Origin: Terriglobia bacterium
GTDB taxonomy: Bacteria; Acidobacteriota; Terriglobia; 20CM-2-55-15
Assembly: GCA_965218585.1 (NCBI GenBank)
Contig: CBDCLE010000004.1
Coordinates: 143,006 to 207,005, forward strand
Reading direction: 5' to 3'
DNA: 64,000 nucleotides
Shown here piece after piece: positions 1 through 14,790 of the stretch. Below the pieces are notes generated by a model, which saw nothing but the letters and a program-made list of their open reading frames with translations, made no database searches and was not told the DNA's origin. How positions within the stretch are numbered: position 1 is the first letter of the stretch; each line of letters begins with the position of its first letter. Made by a program: the position numbers and the translations under genes.

Positions 1-2
1 GC

Positions 3-188
3 GTGAAACGGGGGCGCAAGGCGCAGCCGAAGGATCCCCGAGATAAGCGCATTGCCCAACTGGAACTGGAGAGGCGGCGGCTGGCAAGGAAGCTGGAGCA
101 AGCCGAGACGGTGATCGAAATCCAAAAAAAAGTCTCCACGCTACTGGGGATCCCCCTGAAGAACCCCGACGAGGAGGAGAACGGCTGA
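3..188 (+). CDS. IS3-family OrfA, C-terminal part
   Basis: Coiled-coil RIAQLELERRRLARKLEQAETVIEIQKK, directly upstream of the rve transposase. Confidence 0.75.
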   Translation: MKRGRKAQPKDPRDKRIAQLELERRRLARKLEQAETVIEIQKKVSTLLGIPLKNPDEEENG

Positions 189-1189
189 TGGAAGTGGCGG
201 AAAAGTTCGCTCCGCAGTTGGGGACGGCGCCGGCATGTCGGGCCTTCGGTGTTCCCCGTGCGTCGCTCTATCGCCGTCGGCAACAGGAGGACGCTCCCCG
301 GGCTCCACGGCGCCGGCCACCGTCCCATCGCGCCTTGACCGAGGTCGAGCGCCTGGAGGTCCTCGATGTGTTGCATAGCGAACGCTTCCTGGACCAGGCG
401 CCGGCGCAGGTCGCTGCGGCACTGCTGGACGAGGACCGCTACCTGTGTTCGGTGCGCACGATGTACCGAATCCTGGATGCGAATCAGGAAGTGCGCGAAC
501 GGCGGAACCAGCGGCGGCATCCCGTCTACGAGAAGCCGGAACTGTTGGCGACAGGGCCGAATCGGGTGTGGAGCTGGGACATCACGAAGCTGAAAGGACC
601 CCGAAAGTGGACCTACTACTACCTGTACGTGATCCTGGACATCTTCAGCCGCCAGGTGGTGGGATGGATGGTGGCCGATTGCGAATCCTCGAGTCTGGCG
701 AAAAAGCTGATTCGTGAAAGCAGTGACAAGCATGGGATCGAACCGGATCAACTCACTCTGCACGCGGATCGCGGATCGTCGATGAAATCCAAGGCGGTGG
801 CTTTATTGCTCGCCGACCTGGGGGTGACCAAGACCCACTCCCGGCCGCATGTTTTCGATGACAACCCGTTTTCCGAGGCCCAGTTCAAAACGCTGAAGTA
901 CCGGCCGGGTTTCCCCGAACGTTTCGGCTGTATCCAGGATGCCAAGGCGTTCTGCCGCAACTTCTTCGGCTGGTACAACAACGTTCACTATCATTCGGGC
1001 CTGAACTGGCTGACGCCGGCGACGGTCCATTACGGCCGCGCCGACCATGTCGTCCAACGACGGCAGCATGCCCTGGATCGCGGACGTCGCGAGCATCCCG
1101 AACGTTTCGTCAACGCACCACGAACAATCGCCGGACCGCCCGAGGAGGTCTGGATCAACCCTCCTGCAAAGGTGCAGGTGGGAGCTTAA
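188..1189 (+). CDS. IS3-family transposase OrfB (rve DDE)
   Basis: WSWDITKL, LHADRGSSM, DNPFSEAQFKTLK motifs. Confidence 0.92.
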   Translation: MEVAEKFAPQLGTAPACRAFGVPRASLYRRRQQEDAPRAPRRRPPSHRALTEVERLEVLDVLHSERFLDQAPAQVAAALLDEDRYLCSVRTMYRILDANQEVRERRNQRRHPVYEKPELLATGPNRVWSWDITKLKGPRKWTYYYLYVILDIFSRQVVGWMVADCESSSLAKKLIRESSDKHGIEPDQLTLHADRGSSMKSKAVALLLADLGVTKTHSRPHVFDDNPFSEAQFKTLKYRPGFPERFGCIQDAKAFCRNFFGWYNNVHYHSGLNWLTPATVHYGRADHVVQRRQHALDRGRREHPERFVNAPRTIAGPPEEVWINPPAKVQVGA

Positions 1190-1229
1190 ACTCTCAACGC
1201 AGGTGTCTCACACTTGTTGACATTTACCG

Positions 1230-1886
1230 TCCAGGAATCGAGCGGAGACGCTCCACCACCGGTGTTTGCTCGGCCAGAGCTTTCAGCTCACCGTCCACGG
1301 TGCGCAAGTGAGACTCCAGTTCGCCAATTTCGCCGCAGACCTGGTCCAACATCTCCCGAACCACACTGGGGATCTCGACCTCGGCATCCTCGATCAGTTC
1401 CATCACTCCCGGTACCAGATGTCGTGCGCCTACAGGAATCACAAAACCAAACTCACGTAACAGTCCCCGCACCATGTTGATCCGGGTGACTCGTGTCCGC
1501 ATCCATGTCGAGCGGATTCGATGTAGCGCTGTCAGTTGCTGTTGGGCCAATGTCTTGATCGGGACCGGACGGATATCGCTGTTGCGGTAGGCCTCAAATA
1601 ATCCCTTCACATCCGCACGGTCCGTCTTGTCGCGTGGCACGTACGGCCTCACCTACTGCGGCGAGATCAGAACGACCTCGTGCCCCAGCTCCCGTATCTG
1701 CCGTCCCCAGTGATGTGCCGAACCGCAGGCTTCCATCACCACTGTCGCCGGTTCCCGATTCACGAAAAACCGAAGAAACTTCACACGACTTAAACGATAG
1801 GTTTCCTCGACATGTCCAGGTCGATCCGATACCCCAATCTCGAAAACATTCTTTGCCAGATCCACTGCAATCGTCTTATCCTGCAC
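1230..1886 (-). pseudogene. IS110-family (IS1111 group) transposase with in-frame TAG, 3'-truncated
   Basis: IAVDLAKNVF, VMEACG, KTDRAD; TAG at 1653-1655 replaces Tyr in PQYVRPY; ends at LRSIPG where the IS3 begins; left-end ATGGACTCCCC motif near 1975-1985. Confidence 0.88.
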
Positions 1887-2277
1887 TTGGACTCCTCCTT
1901 ACACACTGTGTTTAGACCGCAACATTGCGAGTCTCTTTATGACTTTGGCACTTTTGATGCCGACTAAGTCAAAGGGGGAGTCCATCCCATCAATAGAAAC
2001 ATGGCGTTTATCGTTCATATTGGGCCGGGACGCACCCATTGCCGGGAAAGCTCATAATGCCGGTTCGCTCCCTGACGTTGAGCAATAAGAGAGCTTCATG
2101 GTAACTGTCCAAGCCGCGTGATGTCATTGATTTCCCCAAATCCTCAACACCCGGTGGGGGCATGGATAGCTATCAGTTGGACCGTCAGGTGAATGACCGG
2201 ACTCGGACGGTCTGTGTTCGAACGCATCGCCTGACGCTACAGATTGGGAAAAGGTCAATTTTATCTCCGTTCCGTCC

Positions 2278-3147
2278 ATGCAACAAAGATTCAGAAGGAG
2301 GGCCCTGAATGCGTTCACGGGCGTCACTCCTGCCCAGCTGTCGCTGGAAATGCGGCAGATTCGTGAGCGCATCTCTAGCAAAGGGAAGTGGGATCTTTCA
2401 GATTACCTTCAGTCGCCAGCGCTCTACGTGGCGCTGCGGGCGTGGGTCCGCTCTGAAAGTCAGAACGTCCGTGACCGCGTTCAGGACTGGTGCGCAAATC
2501 CACAAAACTACCGTGGCCAAAGAAAACTCCTGTATTGCGAGTTGGTTGAGAAGCTGCGGGCAGCCTTCCGAGATCCGCGCCGCGAATGGCAGTTTTATGC
2601 AGACGACGTGTTTGCGTTTCACACCAGCGGACACCGCCAGGCGTGGGACGCTCTAACTGACTTTCACGTGTTGGCACGGGCAGCCGGTCTCCGGGGGTTC
2701 GTGCTGCTTTTCGACGAGTTTGAGGACGTAATCCAGAACCTCAATCGCCGAAATATGCAGGAGGCAGCGTTCCTGAATCTGTTTCGGTTCTTCGACGGCG
2801 ACCGCTTTCCAGGCATGAGCTATTTTGCCGTGACTCCAGACTTCGTCGAGAAGTGCAAGACCGAGTTGACTAAGCGTGGAGTATACGATTTCGACTATCG
2901 GCGGTTCGATCATCTGCCCTTCTTCGAAATGGAACCGATCGAGTTCGCGGAGTTCGCGGACTTGGCAACTCGCATTCTTAGTGTTTATGGGGTTGCGTAC
3001 GATTGCGATGCAGGTCGCTTGTTTCTGGCCGGCGAAATGGATCGGGTCGTAGAGGAACTGTGGACCGTGCGTTCACCGGACAGGGTGCGACGGGCTATTC
3101 AAGGCATCGTCAAGGAACTCGACGATCGTCTGGAACAGGGGATCTGA
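2278..3147 (+). CDS. DUF2791-like P-loop ATPase (BrxD/SngB-like), probably N-terminally truncated
   Basis: GFVLLFDEFEDV Walker B and YFAVTPDF; no Walker A in ORF; TGATG-coupled to an Lhr-type helicase. Confidence 0.65.
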   Translation: MQQRFRRRALNAFTGVTPAQLSLEMRQIRERISSKGKWDLSDYLQSPALYVALRAWVRSESQNVRDRVQDWCANPQNYRGQRKLLYCELVEKLRAAFRDPRREWQFYADDVFAFHTSGHRQAWDALTDFHVLARAAGLRGFVLLFDEFEDVIQNLNRRNMQEAAFLNLFRFFDGDRFPGMSYFAVTPDFVEKCKTELTKRGVYDFDYRRFDHLPFFEMEPIEFAEFADLATRILSVYGVAYDCDAGRLFLAGEMDRVVEELWTVRSPDRVRRAIQGIVKELDDRLEQGI

Positions 3148-5139
3148 TGGCGACGGCGCTCACGGTCGAGCTAGGACGTGCCTTCTACGGCAGGTTCTCA
3201 GTGCTTCGGCCAGCACAGCGGGAGTCAATCGAGCCGGTGATCGCGGGCCGAGACGTGCTGGTGCTTTCCGGAACGGGCAGCGGAAAAACGGAAGCGGTGC
3301 TTGCCCCGCTCGTCCAGCGCTGCCTGCCAGCCATGCGCCGAGATCCCGGCTGTTCGATCATCTATGTCACACCGACGCGCGCCTTGGCGAACGACCTCCT
3401 GCGCCGTATCGAAGTACCAATGCAGTCGCTGGGGCTGCGCGTTGGAGTTCGGCATGGCGAGCGGAATGACCTTAGCCGCACAGAGAAACCTCATCTACAA
3501 CACGCAACGCGGTTTTCAACTCGGTGTCCTGCTGCAGCGCCTTAAGGCCTTCACGGGGACCGCGTGCCAAGTCGTTGGCTTGTCAGCCACTATCGCTGCG
3601 CCAACGCACATCTGGCAGTTTTTCCGCCCAGGGCGACATGTTGTCACTGTGCGCGACGAGCAGACCAAACCGTTAGACGCCGTCATCCGTGAGGTCCCGT
3701 CTGACCAGGCACTGGTCGATCTGATCGACGGCCTTTCGAGCGGTGCCCGTGTGAAGATCCTACTGTTCGCCAACGCTCGCCGTGAGTGCGATCGACTTGG
3801 TGCAGTTCTGCAGAGGAGCGCGAGGTTCGGCGCCAGTGTTTACGTCCACCACTCATCCTTGGATCGCCAAGTGCGACTCGACGCCGAACGGAGCTTCCAA
3901 CTGGCCCCGAAGGCGATTTGCGTTGCAACGAGCACCCTCGAGCTGGGTATTGACATTGGAGATATCGATCTTGTCGCCCTCTACGGCCATCCAGGTGGGT
4001 GGGAGTCCTTCCTCCAGCGAGTGGGCAGAGGCAACCGACGTTCGGCCAAGACCAATGTGGCATGCCTTGTGTCACCTGATCATGGTTCTCGATTTCAGAG
4101 CATTCTTGCTTTTGAAGCACTTCTTTCGCAGATCCGATCGGGCCGCCTGGAACGTGAGCGACCCCTCGACATTTACGGGGCTGCGGCGCAACAGATCCTC
4201 TCACTAATTCTGGCGAGTAACGGAGCGTATTTGCGGACTTCGGATCTCGCCGAGCAATTCGTGGGCTGGCCTCACATGGACGTTGGCGTGGTTGAGAGCA
4301 TCCTTGGGGAACTTGCCGAATCAGGGCATCTCATCCGCCATGGCTTCCAGAATCGATTTGGTGCAGGTGAAGAGCTACACCGTCTTCGCGATCGTCGCTT
4401 GATCTGGGGGAACTTTCCTCTAAGAAGCTGTGATGTGCGATTGATGGCAAGCGGTCGCCAAGTCGGCAACGTGCCTGTGATAAACCTCATGCGGTTATCT
4501 GTTGGTGGTGTTGTTCGATTTGCAGGCCGGCACTGGCGTGTCCGCCGCATTCGTCCGGAGCACATCGACATTGAACCCTGTCGAAGCACGAAGGGAGTGG
4601 AGATCAGCTACGGGGGCACGGAAGTACGGATGGATCCGACGATCGTGGAGGAAATGCTGCGGTTGATCGATGCGGGGATCGAATCCTCTGCGATGACTGA
4701 AGAAGCTAGTCTGGAGTTCCTCGCGTCCGCCGAGCGCATGCGTCGCTACATTGGTTGGGACCGCTTACCGGTGGCGAACGATCGGCAAGGACACTATCAC
4801 TACTTCACCTTCGGTGGCCGCCTGTTCAACGGCGTAATCGCCAAGTGGGCGGGTCTCGATACCTTCGACGCAGGCGAAATTGTGCTACGCACCAACCAGC
4901 CGCTTGATCTCTCGGCCCTTTCCGGGAAACTGCGAGCCCTGGAGGACGCTGCTGCTCTGTCCCTCCAAGTGCCGGGCGACTTGACCGCTTTCCAGAGCCT
5001 ACTTCCGCACAAGATGCTCCTGCGCGAACTGGGTGACGTTTGGCTGAAGACCGCGGTCCATGAGCGGTCGCTGGACCGGCTGAGGAATTCCCAACTCATG
5101 CCTGCTCCGCTGGAGGCTCTGGCACCGCTGTGTGTTTAA
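3147..5139 (+). pseudogene. Lhr-like DEAD/DEAH helicase (BrxHI/SngC-like) with internal deletion and frameshift near 3490
   Basis: GTGSGKT, PTRAL, GLSAT, HHSSL, ATSTLELGIDIGD, QRVGRGNR; TPES and DEVH motifs absent at the frame junction. Confidence 0.85.
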
Positions 5140-5394
5140 CTAATCCGCTTGGCGACAGTACCTGAAACATCGTTCTCTTAGGAAGTGAAATTGAGCGACA
5201 AGATCGAACAAACACGACGATGTGAATGTCGAAACAATCGTTGTGAGCATCCGCGCATCAATGTTGAGTCGGGGCCTCGAGAAGTGTTGTCTAGAGAGCT
5301 TTCACGATGTACGACCATACTGACCGAAACCGAGGACACACTCTGTTCACTTTGCTCCGAACAGGCGTCAAATCCTGGTTGAGGAAGGGAAGAC

Positions 5395-5590
5395 ATGCAG
5401 CGTGAACGAGACGGGATGGTTCCCAGCGGGAAAGCCTTGGCCGATCTGGACGGGCCGGTGAAGGCGATCAGCGAAGGCGCGCACCAAGCGGTCCACCACT
5501 TCACCCGCGCCGATCAGGTGCACCAGCTTGTCTCGGCCAGTGAAGTGGGCCCTGACATGGGTTTCATGGCGCGATTGATGGCGCTGTGTG
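5395..5590 (+). pseudogene. Plasmid RepA-like replication protein, N-terminal fragment
   Basis: HHFTRADQVHQLVSASE..DMGFMARLMALC resembles the RepA_C-type N-terminus; similarity stops after LC. Confidence 0.55.
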
Positions 5591-5840
5591 TGCGGCCCGT
5601 CCGAATTAACTTCAGGTTACAGATGCCAGCTATGTGCCGACCTTGGCAAGGATTAATTTATGTCACGTTCGCGATGACGTGTTGTCCCGGGGGATCATCG
5701 GCCAGCGAGTCACCAATTCGCTGAAGACCGATATTGCCCTCTATTATTAGAATCAGCCGTCGGCCTCATTGAGACCAGACTTAACTAAAACCGTCTCTGG
5801 AGGACCCGGGGTGGTTTACCTATGTCTGCGGGGAGTTGCT

Positions 5841-7808
5841 GTGAAGCTCAAAAGCGTTCAAGTCACCAAATACAAATGTGTTGAAGATTCTACTCCTTGG
5901 AAGGTTGATCAGGTTACCACGCTTGTCGGAAAGAATGAGGCCGGAAAATCCACAATACTTGAAGCGCTATATAAACTCAACCCAGTAGATGCCGACGCAG
6001 CGGATTTTCAGACGACAGACTATCCGCGCAGGTATGCATTGACCGATGAAGGCAAAGAAGATTCAAGAGTCGCAAACGTACTAACTACGGACTGGTCTCT
6101 GGATGAATCTGACTTAGAGCTTTTGCGCGGAGAATTGCCGGAACTTGAAGTAAAAGATGATGCGATTGTCACTATTCGCAAGGGCTACAGCAACGCACAA
6201 TGCTGGGCGGTACCGGCTGACGAGGCTGCAACTGTCAAAAACCTCATTGACTCTGCTCGCTTTAATGCCGCCGAGCGAGCATCTGTCACAGGAAATCCGT
6301 TAACGATTCAAGCCTTACATGAGGTGCTAGCTGGGATCGAGGGGCCGACCAAGAAGCACCGTGAACTACAGCAAAGACTTAGTGAGAAGTATCCAAAGAA
6401 ATCAATTTCCTCGGCGACTGAAATGGTATTGCTGCCCAATCTTCCAAAGTTCGTTTACTTCAAAGAATACGAGCGGTTGCCGGGCAAGGTCTCCATCAAT
6501 CAGCTAGTTCACCTGGAGCAAAATAACCAACTCACCTTTGAATTGAAAATATTTCAGGCCCTTCTCGCTTTGGTCAATAGCAGTGCACGGGGAATTACGA
6601 AAACGGGGCGCTCAGAAGACCTCATCATGAATCTTGAGGCCATTGGGAATCGTTTGACAGACGAGATTTTCGAATATTGGAGCCAGAACAGGCACCTCAA
6701 GGTCGATTTCCGGTGTGACATGGGAGCACCCAATGACCCGGCGCCGTTCAATGCTGGTTACGTATTTAGCACCCGAATCAGAAATGAACGTCACCGCGCG
6801 TCGGTCAACTTCGATGAGCGAAGCACCGGCTTTATATGGTTTTTCTCATTCCTAATCTGGTTCTCCCAGATGAAAGCTAACTATGCCTACAAGTTGATTG
6901 TGTTGCTCGATGAGCCCGGTCTGACGCTTCACGGGAAGGCACAACAAGATCTACTCAGATATATTCGGGAAAAACTCCAACCTGACTACCAAGTCATCTA
7001 TACGACGCATTCCCCATTCATGCTCGACATCAAGAATGTTTTTTCCATGCGTACTGTAGAGGATGTGGTGAATCGAAAGATTGACGGTGTCGGCCGCGAA
7101 GAAGAGATCTTGGGCACAAAAGTTGGCGCCAGAATACTCAGCAGAGACCGCGACACGATCCTGCCGCTACAGGGGTTACTTGGATATGACATCACGCAGA
7201 CTCTCTTCGTCGGTCCGTATGTGTTCGTTGTCGAGGGATCTTCCGAGTGGGCTTATATCAATTGGTTCACTCGCAAACTGGTTGCAGATGGACGCACAGG
7301 GCTGGACATACGTTGGGCGATTGCCCCTGCCGAGGGTGCGCCCAAAGTGACGAGTTTCATTACCTTGTTTAAAGGTCGGGGCCTGAAGATCGCTGCGCTG
7401 CTCGACTATCACAACGGCCAAAAGAAAGCGGTCGAAAAGTTAGAAACGTCAAAACTCCTAGAAGATGGCCATCTTCTCAAAACGACCGACTTCGTAGGTC
7501 AGGATGAGGCGGATGTTGAGGATCTGATTGGCTGGGACCTATATGTGGCCCTGGTGAATGGCGCGCTTTCAATCCCCGAGGCCAACAAACTGCCAGCCGC
7601 CAGACCAGACGATTGTGAAATGAGAATCGTCAAAGAGGTCGAGAAACGGGCCAAATTGCTCCCGCCTGGAGTGCCGCACTTCGATCACTTTGCGCCTGCA
7701 CAATATCTCAACCAGCTGAGCTCTGACAAAATTGCCGCGTTACCAGGACTAAGCGCAGCACTGGATTGTTTTGAGGCTCTTTTCGGTAGGCTGAACAGGC
7801 TCATTTAG
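5841..7808 (+). CDS. OLD-family ATP-dependent nuclease (ABC ATPase + TOPRIM)
   Basis: GKNEAGKS, signature-like RSTG, LLDEPGLTLH, TTHSPF, VVEG and ALLDYH/DVED TOPRIM motifs; GTG start with GGAG upstream. Confidence 0.88.
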   Translation: MKLKSVQVTKYKCVEDSTPWKVDQVTTLVGKNEAGKSTILEALYKLNPVDADAADFQTTDYPRRYALTDEGKEDSRVANVLTTDWSLDESDLELLRGELPELEVKDDAIVTIRKGYSNAQCWAVPADEAATVKNLIDSARFNAAERASVTGNPLTIQALHEVLAGIEGPTKKHRELQQRLSEKYPKKSISSATEMVLLPNLPKFVYFKEYERLPGKVSINQLVHLEQNNQLTFELKIFQALLALVNSSARGITKTGRSEDLIMNLEAIGNRLTDEIFEYWSQNRHLKVDFRCDMGAPNDPAPFNAGYVFSTRIRNERHRASVNFDERSTGFIWFFSFLIWFSQMKANYAYKLIVLLDEPGLTLHGKAQQDLLRYIREKLQPDYQVIYTTHSPFMLDIKNVFSMRTVEDVVNRKIDGVGREEEILGTKVGARILSRDRDTILPLQGLLGYDITQTLFVGPYVFVVEGSSEWAYINWFTRKLVADGRTGLDIRWAIAPAEGAPKVTSFITLFKGRGLKIAALLDYHNGQKKAVEKLETSKLLEDGHLLKTTDFVGQDEADVEDLIGWDLYVALVNGALSIPEANKLPAARPDDCEMRIVKEVEKRAKLLPPGVPHFDHFAPAQYLNQLSSDKIAALPGLSAALDCFEALFGRLNRLI

Positions 7809-8047
7809 GGGTCATCTCACATCTCGCCAAGCCCTTTCATCGCCTGGCGCTTCCATATGCTCACCTGGTTCGGATGAACCTGGTGCTTCGAGGCAATCTC
7901 CTGCAGCGTCCGTTCGCCCCGAAGCGCTTCCAGCGCGACCTTCGCTTTCAACTCCCCAGAAAACCTGTGTCTCTTCGTCATCGCGTATCCCTCCTCAGTC
8001 GGTGGAATACACCTTAAACAACTGCCCGATTTTCCGGGGCCACCTCA
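7805..8047 (-). mobile_element. IS3-family left-end remnant with truncated OrfA (ATG 7981)
   Basis: TGAGGTGGCCCCGGAAAATC terminus; MTKRHRFSGELKAKVALEALRGERTLQEIASKHQVHPNQVS HTH. Confidence 0.8.
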
Positions 8048-8242
8048 AAGAACCTGGGCGATCCATGCCTGCAGGTCGAATTGCGTCATAGAGTTGTGCC
8101 AACTTACGAAGCAAATCGAGAGTGATATTTCAACCCGTTGGAATCGATGCGGCCCTGGACAAACCCACGAGCCCACAAGAACAGCATAAACTCCAGGATT
8201 GGCCTGAATCGAGAATGCTAGCGAGTGGACCGGATCAATCAC
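8048..8242 (-). pseudogene. SIR2-family protein N-terminal remnant
   Basis: MIDPVHSLAFSIQANPGVYAVLVGS then, in a shifted frame, SRAASIPTG. Confidence 0.7.
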
Positions 8243-8257
8243 GGCGTTTATCCTTAT

Positions 8258-8475
8258 TGTTTACCAACGATTCTCTCGAAATGAGAATCGGCTGATTTCG
8301 ATAACGTAAAAAGGACCCACCAAACGGGGTTCTGATCGAGGAAACGGGACCCACTCCTGATGGCCTCCCTCGGCGAGTGCCTGGATGAACCGGCACGGCG
8401 GAGGGAGGATAAGGAGTTGTTAGGGATGGATCAGTACGAATGGGTCAGGACCGCACATCGAGTTTACAAGAAACC
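8258..8475 (+). mobile_element. IS21-family left end and IstA start, truncated
   Basis: TGT terminus with AAAAGGACCCAC motif; MDQYEWVRTAHRVYKK resembles the IstA N-terminus. Confidence 0.55.
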
Positions 8476-8709
8476 GTCGGGCGTGCGGGAACACCACCTG
8501 TGGACGAGAAACTCCGGTGCGTGTAGGCTCACGGGAACCCGGGAGGCGCGACCGGAATCGTATTGGTGCCCTAGAGAGCCCGCCAAGAAACATGGTCCGG
8601 GGGTGGCTGCGGACTTGTCATTGGTGACGCCCATTGGGCGATCCCGTATAGGAAAGTGATCGTTACCGCCCATCCCTGCTCCCGGGAATTAGACATACCC
8701 GGAGGAACG

Positions 8710-9738
8710 ATGAGCAGAGACAGTAACAAGCAGGGGAAGCGAAGGGGAAAGAAGTTATCGACTGTGAATCCTACGGCAGCGGGATTGGATGTGGGCTCGA
8801 CCTTTCACGTCGTTGCGGTTCCACCGGAGCTGGACGATGAACCGGTGCGTACGTTTCAGAGCTTTACGTCGGATCTGCACGCTCTGGCCGACTGGCTCCA
8901 TGAGGTTGGGATTACCACGGTCGCGATGGAGTCGACCGGCGTGTACTGGATTCCGGTGTTCGAGATTCTCGAGCAATCCGGTTTCGAGGTGTCGCTGGTC
9001 AACGCCCGGCATGTGAAGAACGTGCCCGGGCGCAAGACCGACGTGAATGATGCCCAGTGGCTCCAGCAGCTGCACTCCTACGGGTTGCTGCGGGCGAGCT
9101 TTTGTCCCCGGGATGCGATCGTCGGGCTCCGGGCCTACCTGCGGCACCGGGAGCGTCTGGTGGATTATGCGGCATCGCACATCCAGCACATGCAGAAGGC
9201 GCTGATGCAGATGAACGCGCAACTGCACCATGTGGTCACCCATATTACGGGTGTGACTGGCATGAAGATCATCCGGGCGATTGTCGGGGGAAATCAGGAC
9301 CCCGCGGCTCTGGCCGAATTCCGGGATTCCCGCTGCAAGGCTTCCAAAAATACGATCCGTGAAGCGCTCACCGGAAACTACCGTGAAGAGCATGTCTTCG
9401 CTCTGGCCCAGTCTCTCGATATCTATGAGTTCCACCAAGCCAAGATCGCCGAGTGCGACGAACAAATCGAGGCCGTCCTCGACACACTCAACGCCGACCG
9501 GCAGGCGCCGGCCAGGCATCCGGCGAAGGCCCGCATGGCCAGGAAGCTGGCGACCTCGCCGGGACGGGCGCAGTACGCCCGACGCAAATGGCTGTCGGAG
9601 GCGCCCAACGGGTGGATCAAGGAAGTGCTCGGCTTCCGCCGATTCAGCCTGCGCGGCCTGCACAAGGTCCAGGGCGAGTGGGACTTGGTGTGTCTGGCAT
9701 TGAACGTCAAGCGGTTGCGGGGGCTTCAGGCAGCCTGA
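8710..9738 (+). pseudogene. Chimeric transposase: IS110 N-terminal part fused in frame to an IS1182 C-terminus
   Basis: GLDVG, AMESTG, KTDVND (IS110) to ~9505; thereafter near-identical to 26596-26995. Confidence 0.88.
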
Positions 9739-9911
9739 TGACAGGCATACCGCCCGCAAATCAGGCCGAACGAGGGCCGATTCAAGCACCTGTGGCGCAC
9801 CCAGCGGCGCGTCGTCGTCCAAAACGCCCATTCCCCGGTCACCGATGCCGATTGATCGCCATCTCGCGTAATCCGCCGAGTCGAAAATCCTCCTACGGCG
9901 CAGACTCCTAG
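9506..9911 (+). mobile_element. IS1182-family right-end remnant
   Basis: Homologous to 26592-26995; ends CCTACGGCGCAGACTCCTAG. Confidence 0.88.
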
Positions 9912-10135
9912 GTCCCTGGTAAACGATGTTCCCAGGCAGGTCACGTGCTGACGCTGTAAGCCACTGCAGCTGAGTGTTGCTGGTATTGTTTTATTTGCTT
10001 TAGCCAACTCACACACTCTCCATCGTTTACGACACCAGCTATTTCTCACGCACCGGGACACTACAGGGAACGATGCTCTGGCAACATATTTAGTTTAGAA
10101 TAGCCGCCATCCGCATCATAGAGTATAATTATAGT

Positions 10136-10366
10136 ATGAAAATGAAGACATCTATCACACTTGAGAAGGAAGTGGTGACAGCCGTTGAAGAGGCGGCGCG
10201 CGAAGGAGAAAGCCGATCCCAAGTGATTGAACGGTTGCTTCGTCAAAGTTTAGCCACGCGAGAACGAGCAGCGATCGACAAGCGCGACCGCGCCGCCATT
10301 AACGCGCACGCCGATGAACTCAATGAAGAAGCGATCGATGTTCTCGGTTATCAGGTGAAAGCGTGA
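10136..10366 (+). CDS. Ribbon-helix-helix antitoxin
   Basis: KTSITL...[11 protein letters not shown]; overlaps the toxin start (GTGA). Confidence 0.82.
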   Translation: MKMKTSITLEKEVVTAVEEAAREGESRSQVIERLLRQSLATRERAAIDKRDRAAINAHADELNEEAIDVLGYQVKA

Positions 10367-10725
10367 GACGGGGTGAACTCTACCGGGTTGCGAGGCCGCG
10401 ATCTCATGATCCGAAGCGCTTTCGCGTGTTCGTCATAGTTAGCCGGCAGGCGCTAATCGATTCGCGGTTCTCGACAGTCATCTGTGCACCGGTGTACTCG
10501 GCTCGCCACGGACTCGCCACGCAAGTCGATATCGGACTGAACGAAGGACTCCGTCATGAAAGTAGCGTGCATTGCGACGAGCTTGTCAGTTTGCGTAAAT
10601 CGCAGTTGACTCAGTTTGTCGGGAGCCTCGATGCCACCAAGCTCCAGCGCCTCGACAATGCACTGATGGTTGCCCTCGGACTGCTCCGCGAGACTCCTTT
10701 GCACGAGCGTGATCTTCACAGTTGA
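10363..10725 (+). CDS. mazF: PemK/MazF-family toxin
   Basis: [42 protein letters not shown]. Confidence 0.88.
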   Translation: MRRGELYRVARPRSHDPKRFRVFVIVSRQALIDSRFSTVICAPVYSARHGLATQVDIGLNEGLRHESSVHCDELVSLRKSQLTQFVGSLDATKLQRLDNALMVALGLLRETPLHERDLHS

Positions 10726-11162
10726 GTCAAGTGTTGGGTCAAGCGTCAGTAGGGTAGTTCAGTTATCTTGGTCAGCGGTTACGCGGCTGGGGCGACGCGT
10801 CCGGCGCTGGATCGCGCCGGACAATCTCAAGATGCGGTCGGCTGTGTCTCGCTGCATGGAACTAATTAGGCGCACAACGTAACTTTCCGGATCAGCTAAA
10901 CCGCGATACTGATTCTGATCCTTGCCGCAGCGATAATCCCGGTCGTTGCAGTTCGCATTTTGTTGAGAAAATAGGGTATTGGGCAGATCGGTTCGATTTT
11001 GCACGATAAGCGTAGCGTTTCCGACGAGCGTTGAGGTGCCGATAGAGCGTCGAGAGTCGCCCCGGCTAAGCCGGGGCTTACCAATTGAGTTGTCCATTTG
11101 CTGCGTCAAGCGCCCTTAGCGCCGCACCGTGCAATGTTTGCCAATGGAGGAGAGACCCCTGT

Positions 11163-14789
<3,627 letters not shown>

Positions 14790-14790
<1 letters not shown>

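Larger units (their letters stand above)
1..1229 (+). mobile_element. IS3-family insertion sequence (left part outside window)
   Basis: OrfA tail plus OrfB with TGATG overlap at 186-190; A-run at 124-131; probable right end GTCTCACACTTGTTGACATTTACCG near 1229 truncates the neighbouring IS110 gene. Confidence 0.8.
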
